A stretch of 64,000 bases of DNA from an uncultured Gammaproteobacteria bacterium (GTDB lineage Bacteria; Patescibacteriota; Microgenomatia; Levybacterales; GWA1-39-11). Position numbers and translations under genes: made by a program. Below, in pieces: positions 46,902 through 56,616 of the stretch (its first letter is position 1; each line of letters opens with the position of its first letter). The stretch spans positions 395,060 through 459,059 of the forward strand of contig CAYRKM010000001.1 in NCBI GenBank assembly GCA_964425075.1. The letters run 5' to 3'. The notes under the pieces are model-generated. The model saw only the letters and a program-made list of their open reading frames with translations. It had not been told where the DNA came from and did no database searches.

Positions 46902-49103
46902 ATGTTAAAACTGCCTCCCATTCCATTTATAAATGGTGGAAAGAAAGAAGATTTTTTTCTTTCCCTACTTTTCCGTCAAGACAAAATTTCTGCAATTCTT
47001 TTTAGAGAAGAGCAAAAAACCTTGGTAATTTTAGGAAGCAGCGAGGAAAAGATTGACCTTGAAGAAGCTGCAATAGAGGATTTGGTTATTGCCTCAGACA
47101 CTGTTATTTCCAAAATCGAAATGAGTTTGCCAGAAGGGGCAAATCTTGAAAAAACAATTTTTTCAGTCCCCTACTCCTGGGTTGAGGAAGGAAAGATAAA
47201 AGAAGAAAGACTTGCCCAGCTTAAAAAAATAAGTGTCGAATTAGCTCTTGTTCCAATGGGTTTTATAGTTTCAATTGAGGCTATTATTGCTTTTCTTCAG
47301 AAAAAAGAAGGCGTGCCGATAAATGGAATTTTTGTGGAAATTTCAGAAACATTTTTATATGTTTACCTTGTAAGAAGTGGAAATATTTTAGAAGTAAAAC
47401 AAGGGAAGATTGATGATTCAGCCGAAAAAACTGTTGAAAATTTGCTTTCCTCCGTCATAAAATTTGAAGTTTTACCATCAAAAATTATTCTTTTAAATAA
47501 TAAGGAAGCAGAAACCATTCAGCAGAAATTTTTGTCTCATCACTGGACTAAGCAGCTTCCTTTTCAGCATCTTCCCCAGGTTGCAATGCTTGAAAAAGGA
47601 TTTGAGAATGAAGCAATCATTCATGGGGTTGCAAGCCAAATGGGAGCAGCAATAAAGGGTGAGCTGGCAGTTTCAAGATCGGAAGAAAAGGGAGGCGAAG
47701 AAAAAGAAGTAAGCGCTACGGAAGATTCGTTCGGTTTTTCCCAAGACGTTGATATAGCAAAGAAATCAACTCCACTCGTTGAAGATAAAGAAATTGACGA
47801 GCCTGATTTAATGGATGGAAACCAGGAAAAGGATATTGCAATGGACGAGGGGATAGAAGAAAGCTATGTTCCTCCGGAAAAGAAAAGTCCTTCTGGCGGG
47901 ATTTTTGCAGTTATTTTGTCGTTCATTCCAAAGAATTTATCATTACCCAAACTTTCATTTGCTAAAGGTGGGAGATCGTATCTTATTCCGCTTGCTGCGG
48001 CAGTTATTGTAATTGCAATAACAGCTTTTTATTACATGTTTCTTATAAAGGCTGATGTAATTGTTTTTACGGGTCAAAAAGAATTTAACGACACGCTCAA
48101 TATAACTCTTACAACAAATGGAACCTCATCATTTGACGAGAAGGTTTTGCGTATAGAAACAGTAACAGAGGAAGTGAGTGGAAGTGAAACGCAAGAAGTT
48201 ACCGGAAAGAAAGAAACAGGTGAAAAGGCAAAAGGAGAGGTAACAATATTCAACAAAACTGATAAAAAACAAACAATAGAAAAGGGAACAACGATAACCT
48301 CATCTAATAATTTAGAATTTACCTTAAGCGACACAGTTGAGATCGCATCCACTAGTTCTTTTGCAACAGAATTTTCTAATAAAAAAGCCAAGGTGGAGGC
48401 TTCAAAATTTGGAAAGGAATACAATTTACCATCAAACACCAATTTTACTGTTACAAGCTTCACAACTTCACAAGTTTTTGCGAAAAATGACACTGCTTTT
48501 GCAGGAGGTACTAAAGAAGAAATCCAGGTGGTGTCAGAGAAAGATATGGACTCATTGTCTGAGAGCCTATCTGACAAGCTTTTAAGTGATGCAAAAAAGA
48601 AAGCTTCAGCAAAAGTTGCAGATGGTCAGGAATTATTGCCAGTTGTGTTATCCACTAAATTTGAAGAGAAAAAATTTGATAAAAAAGAAGATCAGGAAGC
48701 AAAAAATCTTAAATTAACTGCAACAATAACCTTCACGCTTGGATCTTACAAAAAAGAAGAATTGGATGCATTTATTGCAAGTTCTGACTCATTTGATGTT
48801 CCTGACGATTTTAAATTATCTGATCAAGAGTCAGAGTTAAGGTTATCAAATGTTTCTCAGAAAGGAAAAGATATCACTGCAAAGTTGTCATTTAATGCAA
48901 TCTATAAGCCTCAGCTTGAGGTTTCAAATATTCCTCAGGAAATAAAAGGAAAAAGTATAAAAACAGCGGAGGGAAAACTTAGGGAAATTTCAGGAATTTC
49001 AGATGTGAAGATTTTGATTCACAATGGAATTCCACTTCTCCCAAGCCTTCTCCCATTTAGAAAGGAGAATATAACTCTTGAAATAAAAGCTGAAGAATTA
49101 TAA
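46902..49103 (+). CDS. Bitopic protein: FtsA/actin-like cytoplasmic region, TM, baseplate-J-like beta-rich region
   Basis: N-terminal pattern resembling a degenerate actin fold; central TM; GKKETGEKAKGEVTIFN, GTTI, VEASKFGKEYN, FAGG. Start ATG 46902 or TTG 46881. Confidence 0.65.
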   Translation: MLKLPPIPFINGGKKEDFFLSLLFRQDKISAILFREEQKTLVILGSSEEKIDLEEAAIEDLVIASDTVISKIEMSLPEGANLEKTIFSVPYSWVEEGKIKEERLAQLKKISVELALVPMGFIVSIEAIIAFLQKKEGVPINGIFVEISETFLYVYLVRSGNILEVKQGKIDDSAEKTVENLLSSVIKFEVLPSKIILLNNKEAETIQQKFLSHHWTKQLPFQHLPQVAMLEKGFENEAIIHGVASQMGAAIKGELAVSRSEEKGGEEKEVSATEDSFGFSQDVDIAKKSTPLVEDKEIDEPDLMDGNQEKDIAMDEGIEESYVPPEKKSPSGGIFAVILSFIPKNLSLPKLSFAKGGRSYLIPLAAAVIVIAITAFYYMFLIKADVIVFTGQKEFNDTLNITLTTNGTSSFDEKVLRIETVTEEVSGSETQEVTGKKETGEKAKGEVTIFNKTDKKQTIEKGTTITSSNNLEFTLSDTVEIASTSSFATEFSNKKAKVEASKFGKEYNLPSNTNFTVTSFTTSQVFAKNDTAFAGGTKEEIQVVSEKDMDSLSESLSDKLLSDAKKKASAKVADGQELLPVVLSTKFEEKKFDKKEDQEAKNLKLTATITFTLGSYKKEELDAFIASSDSFDVPDDFKLSDQESELRLSNVSQKGKDITAKLSFNAIYKPQLEVSNIPQEIKGKSIKTAEGKLREISGISDVKILIHNGIPLLPSLLPFRKENITLEIKAEEL

Positions 49104-49134
49104 GTCTAAAGCTTAATTTTAATTGAATACTATT

Positions 49135-49881
49135 ATGTCCAAAACATATACATATGGAAAAGCTCGTAGTGTGCTTAAAAAGCGCTTAAAAAGGTTCGTG
49201 GGTATATCAACCCTGGTTCTTGGAGTCGTGGTTGTGCTTTATTTTTTCTTTCCCGTTATTTCTTACCATTTATTTCTCTCTTCGGAATTTTCTGCAGATG
49301 ATATAGAATCCCCCTTGCCAAAGAGATATGTATTACAGGGGAATAATAATATTACTTCAATAGTAGCTTCAAGTTTTAGTGATGTAGCTTATGATTTTAC
49401 GGACGCTAGAAATTGGTTCCCTCAAGTAGAAGCGAAAGGGGTTACAGTTAAAAAAGTAAGCGAGTACGAGCTATCAATTCCTTCTCAAAAGATAATGAAT
49501 GCAAAAGTTTCTGGGGATGATTTTGATCTTTCAAAGCATTTGGTCCAATATTTTTCAACGTCAAAAAACCCCATAGATAAGGGAACATCTGTAATTTTTG
49601 GTCATTCTACTCTACCTCAATGGTTTGATCCTACTAATTACAATACAATTTTTGCAAAGCTTCATACAATAAAAGTAGGGGATGAAATAATTCTTACGGT
49701 AAATAACTTGAATTTTTCTTATAAAATATTTTCAACCAATATTACTGATCCTTCTGACCCAAATATTTTCTCTCAAAGCTTTGATAATAGCTATATTACT
49801 CTTGTTACATGTACTCCACCCGGTACGGTGTGGAAAAGACTTATTGTGAGGGCAAGTCTTACTGGTCTTGCAAAAAATTGA
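49135..49881 (+). CDS. Second sortase
   Basis: TM; IFGHS, ITLVTCTPPG, KRLIVRA; start ATG 49135 or TTG 49123. Confidence 0.92.
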   Translation: MSKTYTYGKARSVLKKRLKRFVGISTLVLGVVVVLYFFFPVISYHLFLSSEFSADDIESPLPKRYVLQGNNNITSIVASSFSDVAYDFTDARNWFPQVEAKGVTVKKVSEYELSIPSQKIMNAKVSGDDFDLSKHLVQYFSTSKNPIDKGTSVIFGHSTLPQWFDPTNYNTIFAKLHTIKVGDEIILTVNNLNFSYKIFSTNITDPSDPNIFSQSFDNSYITLVTCTPPGTVWKRLIVRASLTGLAKN

Positions 49882-49907
49882 GAGGTAATTCTGATACTAT
49901 GTAGAAT

Positions 49908-50108
49908 ATGGAGCAAATTGGAGTTGATTCTTCCTCCCAGGATGATAAGCTTTTAGCGCAGTATAAAAGGCAGAGGATAAAAGAATCAATTTATAGATTT
50001 TTTTACAACATTTGGCCAAGTATTCAGCGTACACTAACATTTATTTTTTATCACACTTTTCGAATTATTCGAGGGGGGATAAGAACAGCATTAGAGCAGT
50101 TAAAATAA
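49908..50108 (+). CDS. Small hypothetical protein
   Basis: 66-aa ORF tightly coupled to the next gene. Confidence 0.6.
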   Translation: MEQIGVDSSSQDDKLLAQYKRQRIKESIYRFFYNIWPSIQRTLTFIFYHTFRIIRGGIRTALEQLK

Positions 50109-50109
50109 T

Positions 50110-51381
50110 ATGGAAAAACAACAAGAAGCATTAAAAGCAATTCAAAAAAAGCTTGTAGGAAAGGAGCTTAACTATAAGGAAATCTATGCAATTATGGATG
50201 AAATTGCAAATGATAGACTTGGTGATATTTTGACAACATATTTTGCAGCCTCGGGGTATTCTAAAGGATTTTCATATGATGAATTGTACTTTCTAACCAA
50301 AGCAATGGTTGAAACTGGGGAAAAGCTTGAGTTTAAGGGAATTGTTGCTGACAAACATTCAATTGGGGGACTTCCCGGAACTCGTTGTACTATGATAATA
50401 GTACCCATAATTGCCTCAGCTGGTTTTACAATTCCAAAAAGTTCTTCTCGCGCTATTACAACCCCAGCAGGAACTGCCGATGTGATGGAAGTTTTATCAA
50501 GTGTAACATTTGATGAAAAAGAGATATACAAAATTGTTGAGAAGACGAAAGGATGTATCGTATGGGGTGGAAGTTTTAAAATTGCTCCCGCTGATGACGA
50601 GATAATTCAAGTCGAAGAACCCTTACTTCTTGAAAGTTATGACAAAATTTTGGTTTCTGTTATGGCAAAAAAGATCGCGTTTGGTTCAAACCATATAGTT
50701 ATTGATATTCCATACGGCAAAACGATGAAAGTGCATCGAGAAGAAGATGCTGAAAGTTTAGCTCGAAAATTTAAATTTATTGCAAATAAATTTGATATGA
50801 AATTGGAAGTAATTCTAAGTCACACAGCTGAACCTGCAGGAAACGGCATAGGTCCACTTCTTGAGGCAGTAGATGTTCTGAAAGTGCTTGAACAAACTCC
50901 AGACAGGCCACTTGCTCTTGAAAAGCGTTCAATTGAACTTGCTGGGGCATTATTAAAATTATGTCTTGAAGATGCACCCGACGAGTTAAAAGAGGTTTCC
51001 AAGCAATTTGAAAATACGCAAGAGTGGGCACGTTCCATATTAATATCAGGACAAGCACATAAGAAAATGATGGAAATAATTGATGCCCAAGGAGGAAAGG
51101 CGAATATTACCTCAGACAAACTCCATCCAGCTTCCAATCATAAGTCAGTAAAGTCGGAAAAGTCTGGAGAAATAACAGCAATTAATTGTAAAAATATTTC
51201 TTTAATAGCAAAAATATTAGGAGCTCCACAGGATGCAAAATCAGGAATACTCCTTAAAAAAAGACTTAAAGATAAGATTTCAAAAGGTGAGGAATTATTT
51301 GAGGTTTTCAGTGAAAGCGAGCATAGAATTTCTGAAGCAATTGATTCATTGGAAATGTTTCCACTTTATACAATTGAATAG
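50110..51381 (+). CDS. AMP phosphorylase / thymidine phosphorylase family (archaeal-type)
   Basis: DKHSIGGLPG, KSSSRAITTPAGTAD, IVWGG, APADD, SVMAKK, GIGPLLEA. Confidence 0.9.
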   Translation: MEKQQEALKAIQKKLVGKELNYKEIYAIMDEIANDRLGDILTTYFAASGYSKGFSYDELYFLTKAMVETGEKLEFKGIVADKHSIGGLPGTRCTMIIVPIIASAGFTIPKSSSRAITTPAGTADVMEVLSSVTFDEKEIYKIVEKTKGCIVWGGSFKIAPADDEIIQVEEPLLLESYDKILVSVMAKKIAFGSNHIVIDIPYGKTMKVHREEDAESLARKFKFIANKFDMKLEVILSHTAEPAGNGIGPLLEAVDVLKVLEQTPDRPLALEKRSIELAGALLKLCLEDAPDELKEVSKQFENTQEWARSILISGQAHKKMMEIIDAQGGKANITSDKLHPASNHKSVKSEKSGEITAINCKNISLIAKILGAPQDAKSGILLKKRLKDKISKGEELFEVFSESEHRISEAIDSLEMFPLYTIE

Positions 51382-51403
51382 GTTTGGTTTGTTATAATAA
51401 AAT

Positions 51404-52036
51404 ATGGAGTATTTCTCACTAATACTAACCGTTTCAATTATCCACCTCCTAGCAGTAATTAGTCCTGGCCCTGATTTTCTAATGATTACAAGAAATAGTC
51501 TTGTGTATTCTCGAAAAACTGGTATTTATTCATCGATTGGATTGGGGATCGGGATATTATTACATGTAACGTATTCATTGGTTGGTATTGGTTTTATAAT
51601 TGCTCAGTCTATCGTATTATTTAATGTTATTAAATACTTAGGGGCTGCATATCTAATCTATATTGGAATAAAATCATTAACATCAAAAACTTCTCATATA
51701 ACAAAAGCAGAAGAGAATGAAGCTCTTCCCGACATATCAAAATGGAAGGCAATCAAGATAGGATTTTTAACAAACGCACTAAACCCCAAAGTGACACTGT
51801 TCTTTTTAAGTGTTTTTACGTTGGTAATTAGTCCAACAACCCCTTTAGTTATAAAATTATTTATGGGAGCTGAAATGGCGCTGGTTACTTCCTTGTGGTT
51901 CTCGTTTGTCGCGTTGATTTTCTCGCTCAATATTATTAAGGATAGAATATCTCGAGTTCAGAATTATGCAGTCAAATTCATTGGAGTAGTTTTAATTCTT
52001 CTGGGGGTAAAAGTTGCACTTTCGAGTGCAAAATAA
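51404..52036 (+). CDS. LysE/RhtB family exporter
   Basis: ISPGPDF, GAAYLIYIG, GFLTNALNPKV. Confidence 0.93.
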   Translation: MEYFSLILTVSIIHLLAVISPGPDFLMITRNSLVYSRKTGIYSSIGLGIGILLHVTYSLVGIGFIIAQSIVLFNVIKYLGAAYLIYIGIKSLTSKTSHITKAEENEALPDISKWKAIKIGFLTNALNPKVTLFFLSVFTLVISPTTPLVIKLFMGAEMALVTSLWFSFVALIFSLNIIKDRISRVQNYAVKFIGVVLILLGVKVALSSAK

Positions 52037-52089
52037 ATACAATTCATATAAGCTTACTAGCTTCAATATGTTACAATAATGCCAAGGAT

Positions 52090-53040
52090 ATGAAGAAGTT
52101 ATGGGTAGTAATACTTTTGGCCGTAGTTGTTGGGATTGGAACGATTGTCTGGTGGAGAAATGGAGTTGCCCCCGTTAACCCTAAAAATACCTCGCAGAAA
52201 GTTTTTGTTATTCCAAAAGGAGCCGCAATTAGAATAATTGGAAATGATCTTAAAGAGCAAGGTCTTATAAAAGATCCTGTTGTTTTCTTTTTATACATAA
52301 AGAAGAACAGACTTGATAAAAAAATTCAGGCTGGTTCTTATAAATTATCACCATCTATGAGCTTGTCACAGCTAGTTGATGAAATGAGAAAAGGGACTAT
52401 TGATGTATGGGTTACAATTCCCGAAGGATATAGAGCAGCAGAAATAGCTGAGGTTTTAAAGGAAAATATAGGAACTTACAGTGATACTTGGATAAAGTCC
52501 CTTGAAGAGGAGGAGGGATATTTATTCCCTGATACTTACTTAATTCCAAAAGATGCAGATGTTACAACAGTCATTTCGATAATGAATAACAATTTTTACG
52601 CGAAGATTGAAAGCATTGAATTAAGTAAAGACACAAAAAATCTTAACAGTATCGTAACAATGGCGTCTCTTATTGAGAGAGAGGCTATTACTGATTCAGA
52701 AAAACCCCTTATAGCCTCAGTTATTAATAATAGATTGAAGAATGATATGGCGCTTGATATAGATGCAACTCTTCAATATATTAAGGGTAAAGATGCAAGA
52801 GGGAAGTGGTGGAGCGTGCCAACAGGAAATGACAAAAACTTAAATTCTTTGTATAATACTTATAAGAATATAGGACTACCTCCAGGACCTATTGCAAATC
52901 CGGGGCTTGAAGCCATTCGAGCTGCAGCAAATCCAGGAGAAAGTAATTATTATTTTTACATACATGACACAACGGGAAAGGTTCATTTTGCAAGGACTTT
53001 GGAAGAACACAATAGAAATGTCGAAAAGTATTTGAGGTAA
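52090..53040 (+). CDS. mltG: Endolytic transglycosylase MltG
   Basis: VTIPEG, EGYLFPDTY, ASLIEREA, YNTYKNIGLPPGPIANPG. Confidence 0.95.
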   Translation: MKKLWVVILLAVVVGIGTIVWWRNGVAPVNPKNTSQKVFVIPKGAAIRIIGNDLKEQGLIKDPVVFFLYIKKNRLDKKIQAGSYKLSPSMSLSQLVDEMRKGTIDVWVTIPEGYRAAEIAEVLKENIGTYSDTWIKSLEEEEGYLFPDTYLIPKDADVTTVISIMNNNFYAKIESIELSKDTKNLNSIVTMASLIEREAITDSEKPLIASVINNRLKNDMALDIDATLQYIKGKDARGKWWSVPTGNDKNLNSLYNTYKNIGLPPGPIANPGLEAIRAAANPGESNYYFYIHDTTGKVHFARTLEEHNRNVEKYLR

Positions 53041-53066
53041 AGTACGTCTTTAAAAACTATAGGGCA

Positions 53067-53149
53067 TTGACAAACTTCGTCATATGCTGTATAGATTAAC
53101 ATCACGTATTAAAAAAGATGGAGGTCATTGACCTTTCATCCTTTTTTTT
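53067..53149 (+). promoter_or_regulatory. rpoB promoter and leader hairpin
   Basis: TTGACA-17 nt-TATAGA, then GATGGAGGTCA-t-TGACCTTTCATC and a T8 tract. Confidence 0.6.
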
Positions 53150-53181
53150 CGTGAGTTGGAGGCCAACTTCTCTTTTTTCCG

Positions 53182-56100
53182 ATGGCAAAACAATCAAACG
53201 CAAGACAATACTGGGGTAAGCAAGTAAAAAAGCTTCCCGAAATGGACCTTTTGGGGATTCAAAAGCAATCATATGATTGGTTTATTCGCGAAGGTATTCA
53301 AGAGATAATTAATGAAATCACCCCAATTTCAGACTTCACCGGTAAAAACTGGGAGCTCTCATTAGGAGAATACAAATTAGGAGAGCCAAAAATTACAGAA
53401 GAACTAGCCATGCAAAAAGGGCTTACCTACTTCACGCCTCTCATGGTTGAGGCAACACTACTCAATAAAAAGACCGAGAAAAAAGTTACTCAAGAAGTTT
53501 TCTTGGGAGAAATTCCAAAAATGACCGATAGGGCAACATTTATTGTTAATGGTATTGAGAGAGTTATTGTTAATCAAATTGTTCGTTCTCCTGGTGTATT
53601 CTTTACAGGCTCTGAAGATCCGATTACCGGAAAAACATTATATACAGCAGAACTTAGACCAGTTCACGGTTCATGGCTTGAGATTTCTACAACTAGAACT
53701 GACATGATAGTTGTAAGAATTGATAGAAGAAAGAAATTTTTGGGTTCAGTTTTCCTAAAGGCTTTAGGAATTGAAACAAATGAAGAGATTTACGCTCTTT
53801 TTGAAGGAATTGATGGAGCAGAAGAATTTGTCAAAAATACCCTTGAAAAGGATGAGGCAAAAGGATCAAATGATGCTTTAATTGAAATTTTCAAGAAACT
53901 TAATCCAGGAGAGCCAGTCGTAATTGATACAATTCGTCAGAACTTCAGAGATACATTCTTTGATAGAAGACGTTATGATCTTTCTAGAGTTGGAAGATAC
54001 AAAATTAATAAAAAACTAAATGGTCTTAACGGCAATGTTGATCCTGAAATTGCGACTTTAACAATTGAGGACGTTGTAGGAATTATTAAATATCTTATTG
54101 ACCTTTCAAAGGGTAAAGGAAAAGTGGACGATATTGACCATCTTGCTAACCGTCGTATTCGTTCTGTTGGAGAACTTGTTCAATCAACCGCTTTTAGAGT
54201 TGGAGCACTAAGACTTGAAAGAATTGTGAAGGAAAAGATGTCTTTAACTTCAACTGAGGAAGTTTATTCTCCTTCTCACTTTATTAATGCCCACCCAATA
54301 ATTGCAGCAATTAACGAATTCTTCAGAACCTCACAGCTTTCAGCAATCCTTGACCAAACAAATCCATTAGCAGAAATTGACAATCTTCGACGTCTTACAG
54401 TTATGGGAACTGGTGGTATCTCAAGAGAAAGAGCTTCTTTTTCAATTAGAGACATTAATGCTTCACAATACTCCAAGATTTGCCCTGTACGAAGCCCTGA
54501 GGGTCCAAATATCGGTCTTGTTACTTATCTAGCACTCTACTCCCATGTAAATGATTTTGGATTCTTGGAGGCACCTTATAGAAAGGTTGTAACTGAGAAA
54601 AAAGGAAATAAAACCTTAGTACGTGTAACTGATGACATTGTATATCTTGATGCTGATGTTGATTCAGATTATTACATTACTCATGCAGATATTGCACTTG
54701 ATGAAAAGGGATATATAGTGGACGAATTGGTACCAGCTCGTTATCGAGGAGAATATCTTGAAGTAGACAGAGATAAAATTCAATATATTGATGTTATTCC
54801 ACGCCAAGTTGTTGGAACTTCCGCTTCCCTTATTCCATTTATTGACCACGATGAAGCTAATCGTGCTCTGATGGGTACTCACATGCAGTGTCAGGCAGTG
54901 CCGTTAATTAAGACCGAAAGCCCAATTGTTGGAACCGGTATGGAAGCAACAGTTGCTGAGGCTATGGGAAGAGTTGTAAAGGCTCCATTTGACGGAGAAA
55001 TTACATATGTTGACGCAGGAAAAGTAGTTATTAAAGGAAAGAATGGGGTAATGGAATATGAAATTCAAAAGTTTAAGAGAACAGCTCAGAACACTTACTT
55101 TTCAGAAAAGCCAGTTGTTGTAACTGGACAAAAAGTAAAAGCAGGCGACGTACTAGTTGATGGACCAGCAACTGATTTTGGAGAATTGGCGCTTGGTAAG
55201 AATTTATTAATCGCTTATGCATCATTTGATGGACTTGGATATGAGGATGCTATTGTTATTTCAGACAGACTTGTTAAAGACGATGAACTTTCTTCAGTTC
55301 ATATCGAGAAATATGAGGCTACAGTAGTTGATACAAAACTTGGACCTGAAGAGACAACTCGAGATATTCCAAATGTAGCTGAAGAAGACTTGGCAAATCT
55401 TGACGAAGAAGGAATTGTTGTAATTGGATCTGAAGTTCTTCCTGGAGATATTCTAGTCGGTAAAATTGCACCAAAGGGTGAAACTGAACTTACTGCTGAA
55501 GAGCGTTTGCTTCGTGCTATCTTTGGAGAAAAAGCACGAGAAGTGAGGGACACATCACTAAGAATGCCTCATGGAGAGCATGGAATTGTAACTTCTATTC
55601 AAGTTCTTGATAGAGAGAAGGGTGACGAATTGGAACCTGGAGCAATTAGAAAGCTCATCATCGAAGTTGCGCAACTTCGTCATGTTGTAGTTGGAGATAA
55701 GCTTGCAGGACGACATGGAAATAAAGGTGTTATTTCAAAGATTGTTCCCCAATCAGATATGCCATATCTTGAAGACGGAACTCCAGTTGATATTATTATT
55801 TCTCCAATTTCAGTACTTGGTCGTATGAATTTGGGTCAGCTTCTTGAGGCTCATGCTGCATGGGCTGCTGACAAGATGAATACAAAAATCGCTGTGCCTG
55901 TATTTGAAAAAGTTCCTGAGCAAAAATTATTCGATCTTATGAAAGGCGCTGGTATTCCAGCCGATGCTAAGGTAAAATTATGGGACGCAAGAACCGGTGA
56001 GCCATACGAAAATAATATCGTAGTTGGAATTGGATACATCATGAAGCTTATCCACATGGTTGAGGATAAAACTCATGCTCGATCTACTGGACCATACTCT

Positions 56101-56589
56101 CTTGTTACCCAACAGCCTCTTGGAGGAAAAGCACAAATGGGTGGACAGCGTCTTGGAGAGATGGAGGTTTGGGCTCTAGAATCGCACAGAGCAGCCTACA
56201 CTTTGCAGGAGATGTTAACAATTAAGTCAGACGACGTTGCAGGAAGAGCAAAAGCATTTGAAGCTATTATCAAAGGCGTTGATATACCAACTCCAAAAGT
56301 ACCTGAATCATTTAAGGTTCTTATCCGTGAGCTTCAATCATTGGGTATGAATATCCAGCCAACCGCAGCAGTTGTTGCAGATGACGAAGATGCAACTGAC
56401 GAGGTAGAAGAAGTTAAGAAAGAGGCAGAAGAGCTTCAGGAAGCACTTGAAGTAGAAAATGTCGAGGAAGCAGGAGAGGGACAAGACAATACTCTTCCAG
56501 CAGAAACAGAGTTAATAGTAGACTCAGTTGAACAAACCGAGCCAACAATGGAAGATACGGCTAAAGCAATGGAAGGAGAAGAGAATTAG
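53182..56589 (+). CDS. rpoB: RNA polymerase beta subunit
   Basis: DDIDHLANRR, SPEGPNIGL, GDKLAGRHGNKGV, HARSTGPYSLVTQQPLGGKAQMGGQRLGEME. Confidence 0.99.
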   Translation: MAKQSNARQYWGKQVKKLPEMDLLGIQKQSYDWFIREGIQEIINEITPISDFTGKNWELSLGEYKLGEPKITEELAMQKGLTYFTPLMVEATLLNKKTEKKVTQEVFLGEIPKMTDRATFIVNGIERVIVNQIVRSPGVFFTGSEDPITGKTLYTAELRPVHGSWLEISTTRTDMIVVRIDRRKKFLGSVFLKALGIETNEEIYALFEGIDGAEEFVKNTLEKDEAKGSNDALIEIFKKLNPGEPVVIDTIRQNFRDTFFDRRRYDLSRVGRYKINKKLNGLNGNVDPEIATLTIEDVVGIIKYLIDLSKGKGKVDDIDHLANRRIRSVGELVQSTAFRVGALRLERIVKEKMSLTSTEEVYSPSHFINAHPIIAAINEFFRTSQLSAILDQTNPLAEIDNLRRLTVMGTGGISRERASFSIRDINASQYSKICPVRSPEGPNIGLVTYLALYSHVNDFGFLEAPYRKVVTEKKGNKTLVRVTDDIVYLDADVDSDYYITHADIALDEKGYIVDELVPARYRGEYLEVDRDKIQYIDVIPRQVVGTSASLIPFIDHDEANRALMGTHMQCQAVPLIKTESPIVGTGMEATVAEAMGRVVKAPFDGEITYVDAGKVVIKGKNGVMEYEIQKFKRTAQNTYFSEKPVVVTGQKVKAGDVLVDGPATDFGELALGKNLLIAYASFDGLGYEDAIVISDRLVKDDELSSVHIEKYEATVVDTKLGPEETTRDIPNVAEEDLANLDEEGIVVIGSEVLPGDILVGKIAPKGETELTAEERLLRAIFGEKAREVRDTSLRMPHGEHGIVTSIQVLDREKGDELEPGAIRKLIIEVAQLRHVVVGDKLAGRHGNKGVISKIVPQSDMPYLEDGTPVDIIISPISVLGRMNLGQLLEAHAAWAADKMNTKIAVPVFEKVPEQKLFDLMKGAGIPADAKVKLWDARTGEPYENNIVVGIGYIMKLIHMVEDKTHARSTGPYSLVTQQPLGGKAQMGGQRLGEMEVWALESHRAAYTLQEMLTIKSDDVAGRAKAFEAIIKGVDIPTPKVPESFKVLIRELQSLGMNIQPTAAVVADDEDATDEVEEVKKEAEELQEALEVENVEEAGEGQDNTLPAETELIVDSVEQTEPTMEDTAKAMEGEEN

Positions 56590-56616
56590 TTAAGATTCTC
56601 AAATTAAATTTATATT

